Assembly: GCA_012271015.1 (NCBI GenBank)
Contig: JAAXHD010000189.1
Coordinates: 45,962 to 95,184, forward strand
DNA length: 49,223 bases
Direction: 5' to 3'
From: Candidatus Poribacteria bacterium
GTDB taxonomy: Bacteria > Poribacteria > WGA-4E > WGA-3G
Shown here one piece after another: positions 9,383 through 18,791 of the stretch. Position numbers and translations under genes: made by a program. The notes beneath the pieces are model-generated. The model saw only the letters and a program-made list of their open reading frames with translations, was not told the origin of the DNA and did no database searches. How positions within the stretch are numbered: position 1 is the first letter of the stretch; every line of letters starts with the position of its first letter.

Positions 9383-10762
9383 TTACGCCAATAGGTGATT
9401 TTCCCACCATGCGACGTAATCGGCATCGCTTATATCGTGTGAGAGTCCTCGCTTTTCCATGTCCTGCCAGAATCTTTCCGCCATATTTTCGTCCCAATAC
9501 GTGGTGACCTCTGAGGATTCAGGTATGTCTCCCATGTCCCCTGTTTTCGCTATCCACGAATCGAGTTGCGCGGCGAGTTCGCTTTGCACGGTGTCATAGC
9601 CTGGATCAGCGGCGAGGTTATTAATTTCATAGGGATCTGTTTCCAGATCATACAACTCTTCAGCTGGACGTGTCTGTTTCATGAAATGCTGTTGCGCGGC
9701 GGATAACTTACCCTTCGCGTCTAACAGTGGCATCAAGGTCCAGAGTGGATACTGCAGTTTCTTATAGCCGTTGAATTGCCTATAGGGACGCTCAGGGTGA
9801 TAATTGCGAATGAATTTATAGCGGTGTGTCCGTATGCATCGGATTCTGTCATCCGTTCCGTCACACCGATCTCTCGCCGCGAAGATAGCGTCGCGTGATG
9901 TAGCGTCTGTTCCGAGGAAAACTTGCCCTTGCATATACCCAGGAATATCAACACCAGCAAGGGATAACGTTGTTGGTGCGAAATCAACGCCGCTGATGAG
10001 TTTATCATCGAGGGTGTTAGGCTCAACATGTCCGTGCCATCGGACGATGAGTGGAATATGGATGCCCCCGTCATAGAGGAACTGCTTGCAACGGATATGC
10101 GCCCGTCCGTGATCGCTCATGAAGAAGATGATGGTATTGTCTGAGAGTCCTTCATCATCGAGTCGCTTAAGAATCTGTCCGACCTTCCTATCCAAGATTT
10201 GAATGCTTTCGAGGTAGAGTGCCCAATCCTTTCGGACGAGTGGATGATCGGGATAGTAAGGTGGCAATTCGACATCCTCAGGGGAAATAGGACGTTCTGG
10301 ATCGGGTTTGAAGACGCGGTGTGTATCAGGGATGTTAATCTGCGCGTAAAAAGGTTGCCCTTCGGGGCGTTCGCTCCAGTCGATGCCATCAAAAGGGTGT
10401 TCCCGCTGAAAGTTGAAATCGGTTTTTCCGGGGCGATCATAGGGTGGTCCTGGACTGTTGCAAGTAAAATAGCCTGCTTCCCGGAAGCAATCGGTGATGA
10501 GTTTCATATCCGTCCGTAACGGCTTATCACGGTTGCTGCGATGGTTGTGCGCATCAAAGTGCGTCTGATAGGTACCAGTGATCAGTGCGGAGCGACTCGG
10601 TGAGCAGACCGGGCATGTGACGAAAGTATTGGTATAACGAACACCTTCAGACGCGAGCCGATCAATATTTGGTGTCGCAACGGCAGGTGTGCCGTAACAG
10701 CCGAGATCAGGTGAGAGATCTTCACCGTAAATCCAGAGGACATTCGGTTGTGTTGTGGGCAT
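9383..10762 (-). CDS. Sulfatase (formylglycine-dependent)
   Basis: PNVLWI, CSPSRSALITG signature, SDHG, ELYDL. Confidence 0.95.
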   Translation of the reverse strand: MPTTQPNVLWIYGEDLSPDLGCYGTPAVATPNIDRLASEGVRYTNTFVTCPVCSPSRSALITGTYQTHFDAHNHRSNRDKPLRTDMKLITDCFREAGYFTCNSPGPPYDRPGKTDFNFQREHPFDGIDWSERPEGQPFYAQINIPDTHRVFKPDPERPISPEDVELPPYYPDHPLVRKDWALYLESIQILDRKVGQILKRLDDEGLSDNTIIFFMSDHGRAHIRCKQFLYDGGIHIPLIVRWHGHVEPNTLDDKLISGVDFAPTTLSLAGVDIPGYMQGQVFLGTDATSRDAIFAARDRCDGTDDRIRCIRTHRYKFIRNYHPERPYRQFNGYKKLQYPLWTLMPLLDAKGKLSAAQQHFMKQTRPAEELYDLETDPYEINNLAADPGYDTVQSELAAQLDSWIAKTGDMGDIPESSEVTTYWDENMAERFWQDMEKRGLSHDISDADYVAWWENHLLA

Positions 10763-10825
10763 ATTTTAATTATTCCTTGCGGATAAGTATCAGTTGCTTG
10801 TATCTTGGCGTTCTTCGCTTTCGAG

Positions 10826-10880
10826 TTGAAGAAACACCCCAGCAAGGGGAAATTGAGGAAATACCCAAGCAAAAACACCC
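10826..10880 (-). repeat. Two copies of the GTTTTTGCTKGGGT motif (one partial)
   Basis: Plus strand TTGAAGAAACACCCCAGCAA-GGGGAAATTGAGGAAATACCCAAGCAAAAAC-ACCC. Confidence 0.8.
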
Positions 10881-10946
10881 TGCGCCGTTTTTGCAGGCTT
10901 AGGTTTCGTTAGGTCTGCACAAACTAACAGTTTATGCTACAAGTAA

Positions 10947-11816
10947 CTACTCCGTTCCGTTGACATTGTCCACCACATAACGATTACGGAAGAGCGTTCG
11001 CCGGAGCGGCGGCATTTCAGCGAGGAGCTTCGGGGGCGGTTGGTACACCTTGGCGAAACCGCTATCAACAGGGCTATACAGGTTAAAAACGGCAATCCTA
11101 TCATTTTCAGTATTCGTCCATTCCGTGGCACTATGGGTGAGTGCTTCCGTGAAGAAGAGTAGCGAACCCCCTGGACAGCCGTAAGTCGACCAAATATCAG
11201 AATCAGGATTTTGGATATCAGGCGGTGCTGTGTAAACCGATTTGTGGCTACCGGTTACTAAAAGGGTCCCGCCCTGTCCTTTCTTCACCTCGTTCAATTC
11301 CCATACGATGCGGGTGTGTGGACTATAGCCTTTGCCGGGGAAAGCGTTGTAGTAGTGAACATCACCGGGAAAACGGAGTAAACCGTTGCCGTTGTGCGGT
11401 CCAAACCGTCCCATACCGGGAGCACGGTAAAAGAGACTTGCACTTTCAACGGCAAAACCGTAGCACTCTGGACTCGTTACGGCTGGATGCGCCGTAAATT
11501 CGTTGAGGAGTGAAACAACAAGGGGATGATCGATGAGTTTCTGCAGTGGACCTCCGACGGGACTGCGTTCATGCTCTGGAATAGATTCTGGGTCATCGTG
11601 CAGGCGGTAGCCGAAATCGCGCATCTCTTTGAGTTCTGATCCGGTAAATACCTCGGGGACCAGAAACCAACCATGCGTATCGAACTCATAGCGCTGCTCG
11701 GGTGTTAATTCGGGGATAGCTAAACCGTCGGCGTTTTGGGTCGGGAATTCGCATGTATCCGGTGGCAACAATGCTCCAAGCCATGGTTGCTGATTTTTGT
11801 CCGTCTGTTTTTCCAT
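10947..11816 (-). CDS. Phytanoyl-CoA dioxygenase (PhyH) family protein
   Basis: LTPEQRYEFDTHGW, GPHNG, VTGSHK, GSLLFFTEALTHS, R near the C-terminus. Confidence 0.85.
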   Translation of the reverse strand: MEKQTDKNQQPWLGALLPPDTCEFPTQNADGLAIPELTPEQRYEFDTHGWFLVPEVFTGSELKEMRDFGYRLHDDPESIPEHERSPVGGPLQKLIDHPLVVSLLNEFTAHPAVTSPECYGFAVESASLFYRAPGMGRFGPHNGNGLLRFPGDVHYYNAFPGKGYSPHTRIVWELNEVKKGQGGTLLVTGSHKSVYTAPPDIQNPDSDIWSTYGCPGGSLLFFTEALTHSATEWTNTENDRIAVFNLYSPVDSGFAKVYQPPPKLLAEMPPLRRTLFRNRYVVDNVNGTE

Positions 11817-11925
11817 TTTTTAATTTTTCCTCGCGGCTTTTTAATTTTTCCTTGCGGTTCGGTCAGGTCGGTTGCGATAATAAAGTGCCTTTCCGTATAT
11901 CCGCCCTCCGCTACGCTTACGGGCT
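11817..11925 (-). repeat. Start-codon-abutting repeat (element L), copy with a duplicated 3' end
   Basis: AGCCCGTAAGCGTAGCGGAGGGCGGATATACGGAAAGG...ACCTGACCGAACCGCAAGGAAAAATTAAAAAGCCGCGAGGAAAAATTAAAAA then ATG; similar to 25636-25724. Confidence 0.8.
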
Positions 11926-12003
11926 ATAATTTTGGTTTAATGTTTGATACTTCACTGAAAGGACCAGAAGCACATACATTAAAAGTCTCACGGCTTTAGG
12001 CAT

Positions 12004-12924
12004 TTAAACTTCGGCGGGATAGGCGGATGTCCGCTGGTTAAAATCTCCATTCACGACGTTCCCGCCTGCGTAAGCCTCCCGAAAAAGCGTTTGCCGTTTA
12101 GGCGGCATTGCTTCGAGGAGCTGCGGATGAGGGAGCCAATTTGACCATCGACTTGCGACGGTATTGTACAAATTCGAGATGGAGACCCGGTCGGCCGTAT
12201 CGACTTGAACCTGCGTCTGTGTCATAGACTCTGTCAGAAGAAAGAGAGAACCCGGTGGACATTCATACGTCTCCCACAATGGCGAGTCCGGATTCTGCGA
12301 GGCTTCTGGTATCGGGTACGCGGCTTTATGGCTCCCTGTAATAAACCGAATGTTATTTGTTCCAGCAGTAACCTCAGTTAGCTCCCATACGGCACGCGTC
12401 AGCCCGCTCCAACCACGTCCGGGGACGCACCGATAGAGATGAGAATCTCCCGGTAAGCGAAACAACCCATTTCCCTTGTGAAGGACCGACTGGGCTTCAG
12501 TATGTCTTGAGGCATTACCGAAGAACGCGGCTGTCTCTTCGAGTCGAAATCCATAGCAATCCTCACTTGCCGCGGGTGGATACGCCAAAAATTCATTCAA
12601 GAATCCAACAATGACGGGATGATCAGCGAGTTTTTGAAGTGGACCGCCGAGTGCGCAACGTTCCGGTGCCGAGACATGTTCCGGTGCCTCGTTCAGACGC
12701 TGGCAGAATTCGCGCATCTCTGTGATGTCAGTGTCCGATAAAACACTTGGAATCAGGAGCCAGCCATTCCGGTCAAAATCGTATTTTTGTTTCTGGGTTG
12801 GAACAGTGACGGGAGTACCGTCAGCGTTGGTTTTTGTGAGATCTTCAGGCTCGACTTCAACAGCACTGCCCAAATTTTTATTAACAATAAAAGGTTTCCT
12901 CGTTGCGAGTTTTTTGTAAGCCAT
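12004..12924 (-). CDS. PhyH-like protein, paralog of the adjacent gene, distal His apparently lost
   Basis: QKYDFDRNGW, ITGSHK, GSLFLLTESMTQT. ATG at 12924 with AAAGGA RBS. Confidence 0.8.
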   Translation of the reverse strand: MAYKKLATRKPFIVNKNLGSAVEVEPEDLTKTNADGTPVTVPTQKQKYDFDRNGWLLIPSVLSDTDITEMREFCQRLNEAPEHVSAPERCALGGPLQKLADHPVIVGFLNEFLAYPPAASEDCYGFRLEETAAFFGNASRHTEAQSVLHKGNGLFRLPGDSHLYRCVPGRGWSGLTRAVWELTEVTAGTNNIRFITGSHKAAYPIPEASQNPDSPLWETYECPPGSLFLLTESMTQTQVQVDTADRVSISNLYNTVASRWSNWLPHPQLLEAMPPKRQTLFREAYAGGNVVNGDFNQRTSAYPAEV

Positions 12925-13012
12925 CAGAGTATTCCTTTTAGCATGCGTCTGAAACTGCCTTCCATAACCTTCGGACTGCAGTGTTAAGTTTTCCAGTCTC
13001 GGTCGGGATTGA

Positions 13013-13621
13013 TTAACGGTTCTGTGTTTCCAACACGCGGAACATGTGGCGTGCATAACTCACGGTTGAGATAAATACAAATACCAGCGCAAGACAAAGA
13101 CCGTAAAATTCAATATTCCTCGGTAAGCGAGACATTATCGGACGGAGCAGATAAAGCAGTATAACAATTGACAAAAAGAAACTGGTACATTTTCCCCATA
13201 AGTTAGAACGGGTGATCATCTTCGCCTTATATGCCAAGACAGCATTGCCAAGCACAATCAAGGTATCACGGATAACAATCACCAGAAATGCCCACATTGG
13301 GAACCTGGAGTGGAATATAGCGAGAGCAAAGATGCCAGCAGAAAGTGCGAGCTTATCCGCGACTGGGTCTAATATATAACCGAGTTCAGTATGTTGCTTC
13401 AAACGTCGAGCAAAGAACCCATCTAACAGGTCCGTGATAACGGCGACTGTACCACAAGCGATTGCGACGATCCACTGGGCACGGTAAATGAAGTAAAAGA
13501 TAAAAGGGACCGTGAGGAGTCGGAAAATCGATAATATATTGCTGACATAGAAGAAATCCCGGCGTGTAATTTGGATCGACCGGGTTTCGGTAAATTGATG
13601 GATGGGAGCCTTTAGTGCCAT
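13013..13621 (-). CDS. CDP-alcohol phosphatidyltransferase (PgsA-like)
   Basis: DLLDGFFARRLKQHTELGYILDPVADK signature. Confidence 0.92.
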   Translation of the reverse strand: MALKAPIHQFTETRSIQITRRDFFYVSNILSIFRLLTVPFIFYFIYRAQWIVAIACGTVAVITDLLDGFFARRLKQHTELGYILDPVADKLALSAGIFALAIFHSRFPMWAFLVIVIRDTLIVLGNAVLAYKAKMITRSNLWGKCTSFFLSIVILLYLLRPIMSRLPRNIEFYGLCLALVFVFISTVSYARHMFRVLETQNR

Positions 13622-13714
13622 TATGTTATTTATTACAGATAAGATCTTGTGTGTAGGAGCAAACGTCTCAATACGGAAAGCATACCAATTTCGTCCAGCA
13701 CGATTGGGATCTTC

Positions 13715-14383
13715 TCAATTGTTTTGCGCCGCCAATTGAAAAGCTATCCGTCGATTCTGGTCGGTTAGAATCTCGATTTCGCGTGTGAGGAGTTGCTCTA
13801 AGGGAATTGTCTCCAATAAAGTTTGTTTTTCTTCAAGTGAAATCCGCAACCTGATGCCGACTTGGTAAGCAAGTTCCCTCGGATCATTCGGCTGTTCTTC
13901 AGGGGAACTCCAAGCGAAAATTAATCGACTGGATAATTTCTCGTACGCTTTATACAATTCTTCGGCTTGTGTCATGAGCAATTCGGATACCGATTCAATT
14001 TCTGTATCCAAGTCATCTAACATCCGAACGCGACCTGTAAGATAAGAGAGATGCTCCTGAACCTCCAGAATTTGAAAGCGGTACTCACCCGCTGTGATAA
14101 TATTCATGCGGCCGTCGTCTAAATTTTCGACTTGAAGGATACGGGCGGCTGTGCCAATTTCATAGGGTGTAGCAGCGTCTCCCACCTCTTTTCCTTCTTT
14201 GATAAGCACAACTCCAAACTCAGACTGATGTTCCAAGCAGAATTTAATCATCGTTCGGTAACGTGGTTCAAAGATGTGTAGCGGTAAAAAACCGCCGGGG
14301 AACAAGACTGTCTGTAACGGAAAAAGCGGAATTTGTCGTTCATAAGGCGTTTGACTTTTTGATGAGACCGGGGCACTCCGCAT
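13715..14383 (-). CDS. LON peptidase substrate-binding (Lon N-terminal) domain protein
   Basis: IPLFPLQTVLFPGGFLPLHIFEPRYRTMI; ATG at 14383 with GAGGAG RBS. Confidence 0.9.
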   Translation of the reverse strand: MRSAPVSSKSQTPYERQIPLFPLQTVLFPGGFLPLHIFEPRYRTMIKFCLEHQSEFGVVLIKEGKEVGDAATPYEIGTAARILQVENLDDGRMNIITAGEYRFQILEVQEHLSYLTGRVRMLDDLDTEIESVSELLMTQAEELYKAYEKLSSRLIFAWSSPEEQPNDPRELAYQVGIRLRISLEEKQTLLETIPLEQLLTREIEILTDQNRRIAFQLAAQNN

Positions 14384-14643
14384 GTGAATACTCCTCTTTG
14401 CACGATGTTCAATGTACAAGATGGATTTTACTTTCGGTGCCGTAGAACATTGTAGTAGAACATTGTAAAGGTAGCCTGCAAAGAACCAACCCTTCTTTAG
14501 AGCCTATGAAATAAACATTTGTCTTCAGGCACATCGTTTCTTATATTTTTGCACAAAATTCTTGATTCGTCAACAGTTTTTTACACAGCATAGGAACATC
14601 TATAGTAGATTCCCCAATTATCAATAGGCAATGAACGAGAGAA

Positions 14644-14688
14644 ATCGGGAATTGGAGTGTTTTTGCTGGGGTGTTTCCACCCTCCTAT
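14644..14688 (-). repeat. GTAG-type REP variant interrupted by one copy of the GT-rich motif
   Basis: Plus strand ATCGGGAATTGGAGT[GTTTTTGCTGGGGTGTTTCCA]CCCTCCTAT; compare the empty copy at 4257-4284. Confidence 0.8.
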
Positions 14689-14723
14689 GGAAGAGCAAAA
14701 TGCCCTGCACTTACCGAAAGGTC

Positions 14724-14752
14724 TTGACATTTAGGAGATTTTCGGCTATAAT
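14724..14752 (+). promoter_or_regulatory. Consensus sigma70 promoter
   Basis: Perfect TTGACA-N17-TATAAT. Confidence 0.8.
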
Positions 14753-14854
14753 GCCCTAAGCAATCTTATCATCGTTTCAGTGATAAATTAGCGAATTTAA
14801 TTCAAATAGATGTTTGTTGTGCATGCCGTGCGTAGGCAACGGATATCAAAATGA

Positions 14855-15346
14855 TTGGAGAAAGTCGTGAATTCAGAAAAGTTAGGAAATGCTTTAGCAA
14901 AATCTAAAGATATCGCTATCACTCTCTTAGGGAGTCTGCTGTATCGGACGCGTGTTGAAGGGATTCGTGATGCAGACGGACTCAAGGGTATGAAAGCTCG
15001 TTGGGTAGGCGACCCAGGGGAGAGTGTTATCGAGATTAACACCCCCGCAGGAAGCACGGATATTACAATAGACGGCAACACAGCACCGACGATTGAGTAT
15101 GCACAAGAGGGCGAGAAACGGACAATCACCGTCAGAAATATTAAGAACCTCTCATGCAAATTTGACCGAGAGACGATGGACCAGATCGCCACACCAAAAG
15201 GTGCAAGCATTGCGATCTGTATTGGCGCAGGCATCGGATTACTCGGCTGGGTTCTGATTTCAGCGATGCGGTCTCTACCTACGCCACGAACAGAACAAGA
15301 CGATTCTGCGGCTATTCCTCCGACTGCTACTACCGAAGATGATTAA
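14855..15346 (+). CDS. Hypothetical protein with one C-terminal TM helix
   Basis: 163-aa ORF downstream of the consensus promoter and 8 nt before the next gene; start codon uncertain. Confidence 0.55.
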   Translation: MEKVVNSEKLGNALAKSKDIAITLLGSLLYRTRVEGIRDADGLKGMKARWVGDPGESVIEINTPAGSTDITIDGNTAPTIEYAQEGEKRTITVRNIKNLSCKFDRETMDQIATPKGASIAICIGAGIGLLGWVLISAMRSLPTPRTEQDDSAAIPPTATTEDD

Positions 15347-15354
15347 GAAGTAAA

Positions 15355-16548
15355 ATGAAAATTATCGCTGTCGATCCCTTTTATTTGCGGATGCCAGACA
15401 TCACAACCGCGGCAGACGGCACACAAGACACTCTTTTGGTACGCATTCAAACGGATACAGGACTTGAAGGATGGGGTGAATGTGATGCCTCGCCGTTAGT
15501 CAGTCTCGCCGTTTATTGCTGTCCGATGTCACACGGCAATATCATCAACATTCGCACTTCACTCGTTGGTGCAACAATTGAGGGTCCCCAGGATGTACTC
15601 CGACTGAGCGAAAAGGCACTCCGGAACGGACTGGATATTCAACAAATACAACACGCTTATAGCGGTGCCGAAATCGCGCTGTGGGACGTTATTGGGCAGA
15701 AGTTGAATAAGCCTGTCTACCGTCTCCTCGCTGAGATGTCAGGAACGTCCAGCACAGCACATCCTAAATTGCCGTATGCATCTGTCCTTTTCGGCGATAC
15801 CCCCGAGGCGACCTATCGCATTGCAACAAGACTCCGCGAACAGGGATACCGTGCGGCGAAATTCGGTTGGGGACCGATGGGAAAATTCGGCGAGGAAAAC
15901 GACATCGCGCTCGTGCGTGCGGCGCGTGAAGGCATGGGAATAGAAGCACAAATTATGATTGATGCCGGTGTCGTCTGGGGCAGTGATCACGAAACGGCTT
16001 ACCAGCGTGCTGAGGCATTCTCGCAATTTTCTCCGACATGGTTGGAGGAACCGCTCACTCCTGATGCGATCGATGCCTACGGTGCACTCACCCGTAGGAA
16101 TCCGTCCGTTCGCATCGCAGCAGGTGAGGGATCCAATACCTACCGGATGGCAGAAGATATTATTGTACACGGCGGGGTTCAATTCGTGCAGATTGACGCG
16201 GGACGTATCGGTGGGATTATGCCTTCTTTTCAGGTACGTCAACTCGCGGAACAGCACGGTATCCAGTACGTCAACCACACGTTTAAGAGCCATTTGAGTC
16301 TTGCGGCAGCACTTCACGTCTTTGCAACAAACCCTGATTTCAATCTATTAGAATACCCGGCGGCGGGATCGGCATTGTCACAGCAGTTAGTAGCAGACCC
16401 ATTCCATGTTGAATCCGATGGAATGGTTCGGGTAAAGGAATTACCTGGACTCGGTGTCCGTGTAGATACGGACGCGATTCACCCGTATTTAGTACCCGTG
16501 AGAATTGAAGTAGGAACGGATGCTGTCTTTGAACAGGGAAGTCTGTAG
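15355..16548 (+). CDS. Mandelate racemase/muconate lactonizing enzyme (enolase superfamily)
   Basis: TDTGLEGWGE, ALWDVIGQ, KFG, MIDAG, WLEEP, AAGE, QIDAGRIGG. Confidence 0.92.
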   Translation: MKIIAVDPFYLRMPDITTAADGTQDTLLVRIQTDTGLEGWGECDASPLVSLAVYCCPMSHGNIINIRTSLVGATIEGPQDVLRLSEKALRNGLDIQQIQHAYSGAEIALWDVIGQKLNKPVYRLLAEMSGTSSTAHPKLPYASVLFGDTPEATYRIATRLREQGYRAAKFGWGPMGKFGEENDIALVRAAREGMGIEAQIMIDAGVVWGSDHETAYQRAEAFSQFSPTWLEEPLTPDAIDAYGALTRRNPSVRIAAGEGSNTYRMAEDIIVHGGVQFVQIDAGRIGGIMPSFQVRQLAEQHGIQYVNHTFKSHLSLAAALHVFATNPDFNLLEYPAAGSALSQQLVADPFHVESDGMVRVKELPGLGVRVDTDAIHPYLVPVRIEVGTDAVFEQGSL

Positions 16549-16568
16549 ACAGGTCAAGACATCAGTAG

Positions 16569-16592
16569 TTTTCTACTACGAGTAGAAAAAAA
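16569..16592. terminator. Putative intrinsic terminator hairpin
   Basis: TTTTCTACT-ACG-AGTAGAAAA just after the stop at 16548; the stem is AT-rich. Confidence 0.45.
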
Positions 16593-16763
16593 GAAAAATT
16601 ATTTCAGAATCAGCATCTTCCGTGTCGCAGTGAAATCCCCTGCTGTTAACGTTCGGTGAGTTGCATCTACGGAGATGATCTGCATAGCTCCGACTCCTTT
16701 TTACTTCATAAATCTAAGGAATTCTGTTTTTTAGCGTGAGTTTGATAAAAGAGCAGGCCTCTT

Positions 16764-16996
16764 GTAGGTTGCGTTGAACGCGGCCTTGCCCAAAACCCTA
16801 CAAAACAGAGCCCCCCAACGGATAACTCAAAACCTGAAAATCCTAAATCCTGAATGAAACCCAACGCATTCTCACCCGTAGAGCCTTGGTGTGTTGGGTT
16901 TCACTCTCGGTCTTTCGAGAAAGGGCTGCTTAAAGATCGGGGTTCTGGTTAGAAAGGATAGGACTTTTCGTCTTTTACCGCTCCACCCAACGGACG
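16764..16996. repeat. REPIN-like element (paired GTAGGTTGGG-type REPs), degenerate
   Basis: GTAGGTTGCGTTGA...GAAACCCAAC...GTTGGGTTTC...CCACCCAACGGAC; same layout as 25228-25458. Confidence 0.6.
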
Positions 16997-17035
16997 TTAT
17001 ACTTCAATATTTTATTTTCAAACTCACGTTATATA

Positions 17036-17242
17036 GTGAGTGCAGTCATCGTCAATGTTATGAGTTACGGAGCGTTTGCTCAAATTGAAGAAGGAATCGT
17101 CGGACTCATCCATATTTCAAAAATGTCAGCGGATCCTATGGATGCGTCACCTGCAAACATCGTCAATAAGGGCAATAAAATCAAAGTGAGAGTGATTGAA
17201 ATTTCTAAAAAATCCAAGCGAATATCGCTAAGCATGACGTAA
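17036..17242 (+). pseudogene. Isolated S1 RNA-binding domain, probably a fragment
   Basis: YGAFAQIEEGIVGLIHISKMS...IKVRVIEI...RISLSM is a clear S1 signature; first strand appears missing and there is no obvious RBS. Confidence 0.65.
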
Positions 17243-17376
17243 AATCTACCTTAGCATCCAGAGGTTGTCGCAAAAGGAATAGAATAAGCCGAAACGCGAG
17301 GCAAAGAGTTATTAGCACTCGCGCGTAATGCCAGACAGCTCAAGGATCAGGCATTACCTTGACAACTGACAACGAA

Positions 17377-18789
17377 TCACTGACGAAACGGTGCATCCAG
17401 TTGCGTCTGCACAAGCCGCTCCAAAACTTGCAGGCGCAACCCCGTTTCAATATCCGCAACTTCAGATCTACCGGCGAGGTTCTGTATCTCATTTGGATCG
17501 TTTTGCACATTAAATAAAAGATAAACCTCACCGTTTGCATTGAGTGCTATCTTCCATTCCCGATTTAAAAGCATAATCTCGCCTTCTATCTCGGAAATTG
17601 CAAAGTCTCGGTGTGTCGCTTCAGGTTGCGTCAACACGGGACACAACGATTTTCCGAATTGGCGATGCTCTAACTCGCCACCCGCCATCTCAACAAGCGT
17701 CGGACCGATGTCGATCCATTCCACTGGACTTTCACAAATTGTTCCGGTGGGAGGGGTGTTTTTGCTTGGGTGTTCCCTCGATTCCTTAGGGGTTCGCACG
17801 AGGAGCGGAATCCGAACTGCCCCGTTCAGAAAATTGCTTTTATAGATGAGTCCATAATCCCCATTCATTTCACCATGGTCGGAGGTATGGACAATGATTG
17901 TATTTCCGAGTTCACCGCGCGCCTCAATTGCGTCAAGAATCTCGCCGATCTGATCATCGATAAGTGTCACGCTACCTGCGTAATTCGCCCGGAGTCTTCC
18001 GATTTCGCCGGGTTCAAACGTCGGGTTCACACGCTCCATGAGCCTGTCCAAATGTCCTGTGGGACGCCTTTCCATAAATGGACGCGGGATCGCTGGCAGC
18101 ATGTCCTTTGGATCGTACATGCTGGCATAAGGTTCCGGTGTATCCCACGGCTCATGGGGTCCTCCGAAACTCACCCAGCAGCACCAAGGTTCAGCCCGCT
18201 TATAGTTCTGGAGGTATCGCTTCGCCTGTTGTCCGACGTAGACATCGGCGTAATCTTCGAGTCCCAACGTCGAAGGACGGACGAGATACGGTTTCGTGCC
18301 GAACCGCTCGCGATAATCGGCGCGGTAAGCATCCCATAAGCCTTTTTCCTCCCACATAGCAGTCATGTGGGATAGGACATTCGCGCTTGCCCTCGGTCCA
18401 CCGATCTCGTTCACATCGTCCAATCCATAAGCGTTCATTAACCCTTCGCGTTCGCGCAGATCACCACTGTGCGGATGGAGATGCGTTTTCCCGAAAAGAC
18501 TCGTCCGATATCCAGCATCACGCACGGCTTGCATCCATGTCGGCGTTTCGGCAGGCATTTGGTGATTCATGTTGTTCCAGACGTGGGTGTTATGGGGATA
18601 CAACCCGGTCGCCAAGCTGAGTCGCGTCGGGATACAGACCGGCGATGTAGTGACGCAGTTTGTGAATCGGATACCTTCACCGGCAATCCGATCCAAATTT
18701 GGGGTCTGGACCCAATCGCCACTGCAACCCATCGCGTCCCAACGCTGTTGGTCTGTCATAAGGAGAAGGATATTCGGGGTGGTTGCCAT
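17377..18789 (-). CDS. Sulfatase (choline-sulfatase-like)
   Basis: PNILLLMTDQQR, CIPTRLSLATG, GKTH, PHEP, SDHG. Carries an in-frame repeat insert (ESREHPSKNTPPT). Confidence 0.93.
   Translation of the reverse strand: MATTPNILLLMTDQQRWDAMGCSGDWVQTPNLDRIAGEGIRFTNCVTTSPVCIPTRLSLATGLYPHNTHVWNNMNHQMPAETPTWMQAVRDAGYRTSLFGKTHLHPHSGDLREREGLMNAYGLDDVNEIGGPRASANVLSHMTAMWEEKGLWDAYRADYRERFGTKPYLVRPSTLGLEDYADVYVGQQAKRYLQNYKRAEPWCCWVSFGGPHEPWDTPEPYASMYDPKDMLPAIPRPFMERRPTGHLDRLMERVNPTFEPGEIGRLRANYAGSVTLIDDQIGEILDAIEARGELGNTIIVHTSDHGEMNGDYGLIYKSNFLNGAVRIPLLVRTPKESREHPSKNTPPTGTICESPVEWIDIGPTLVEMAGGELEHRQFGKSLCPVLTQPEATHRDFAISEIEGEIMLLNREWKIALNANGEVYLLFNVQNDPNEIQNLAGRSEVADIETGLRLQVLERLVQTQLDAPFRQ
17747..17783 (+). 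repeat. REP variant plus GT-rich motif inside the sulfatase CDS
   Basis: GTGGGAGGGGT[GTTTTTGCTTGGGTGTT]CCCTCGATT. Confidence 0.8.
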
Positions 18790-18791
18790 CG

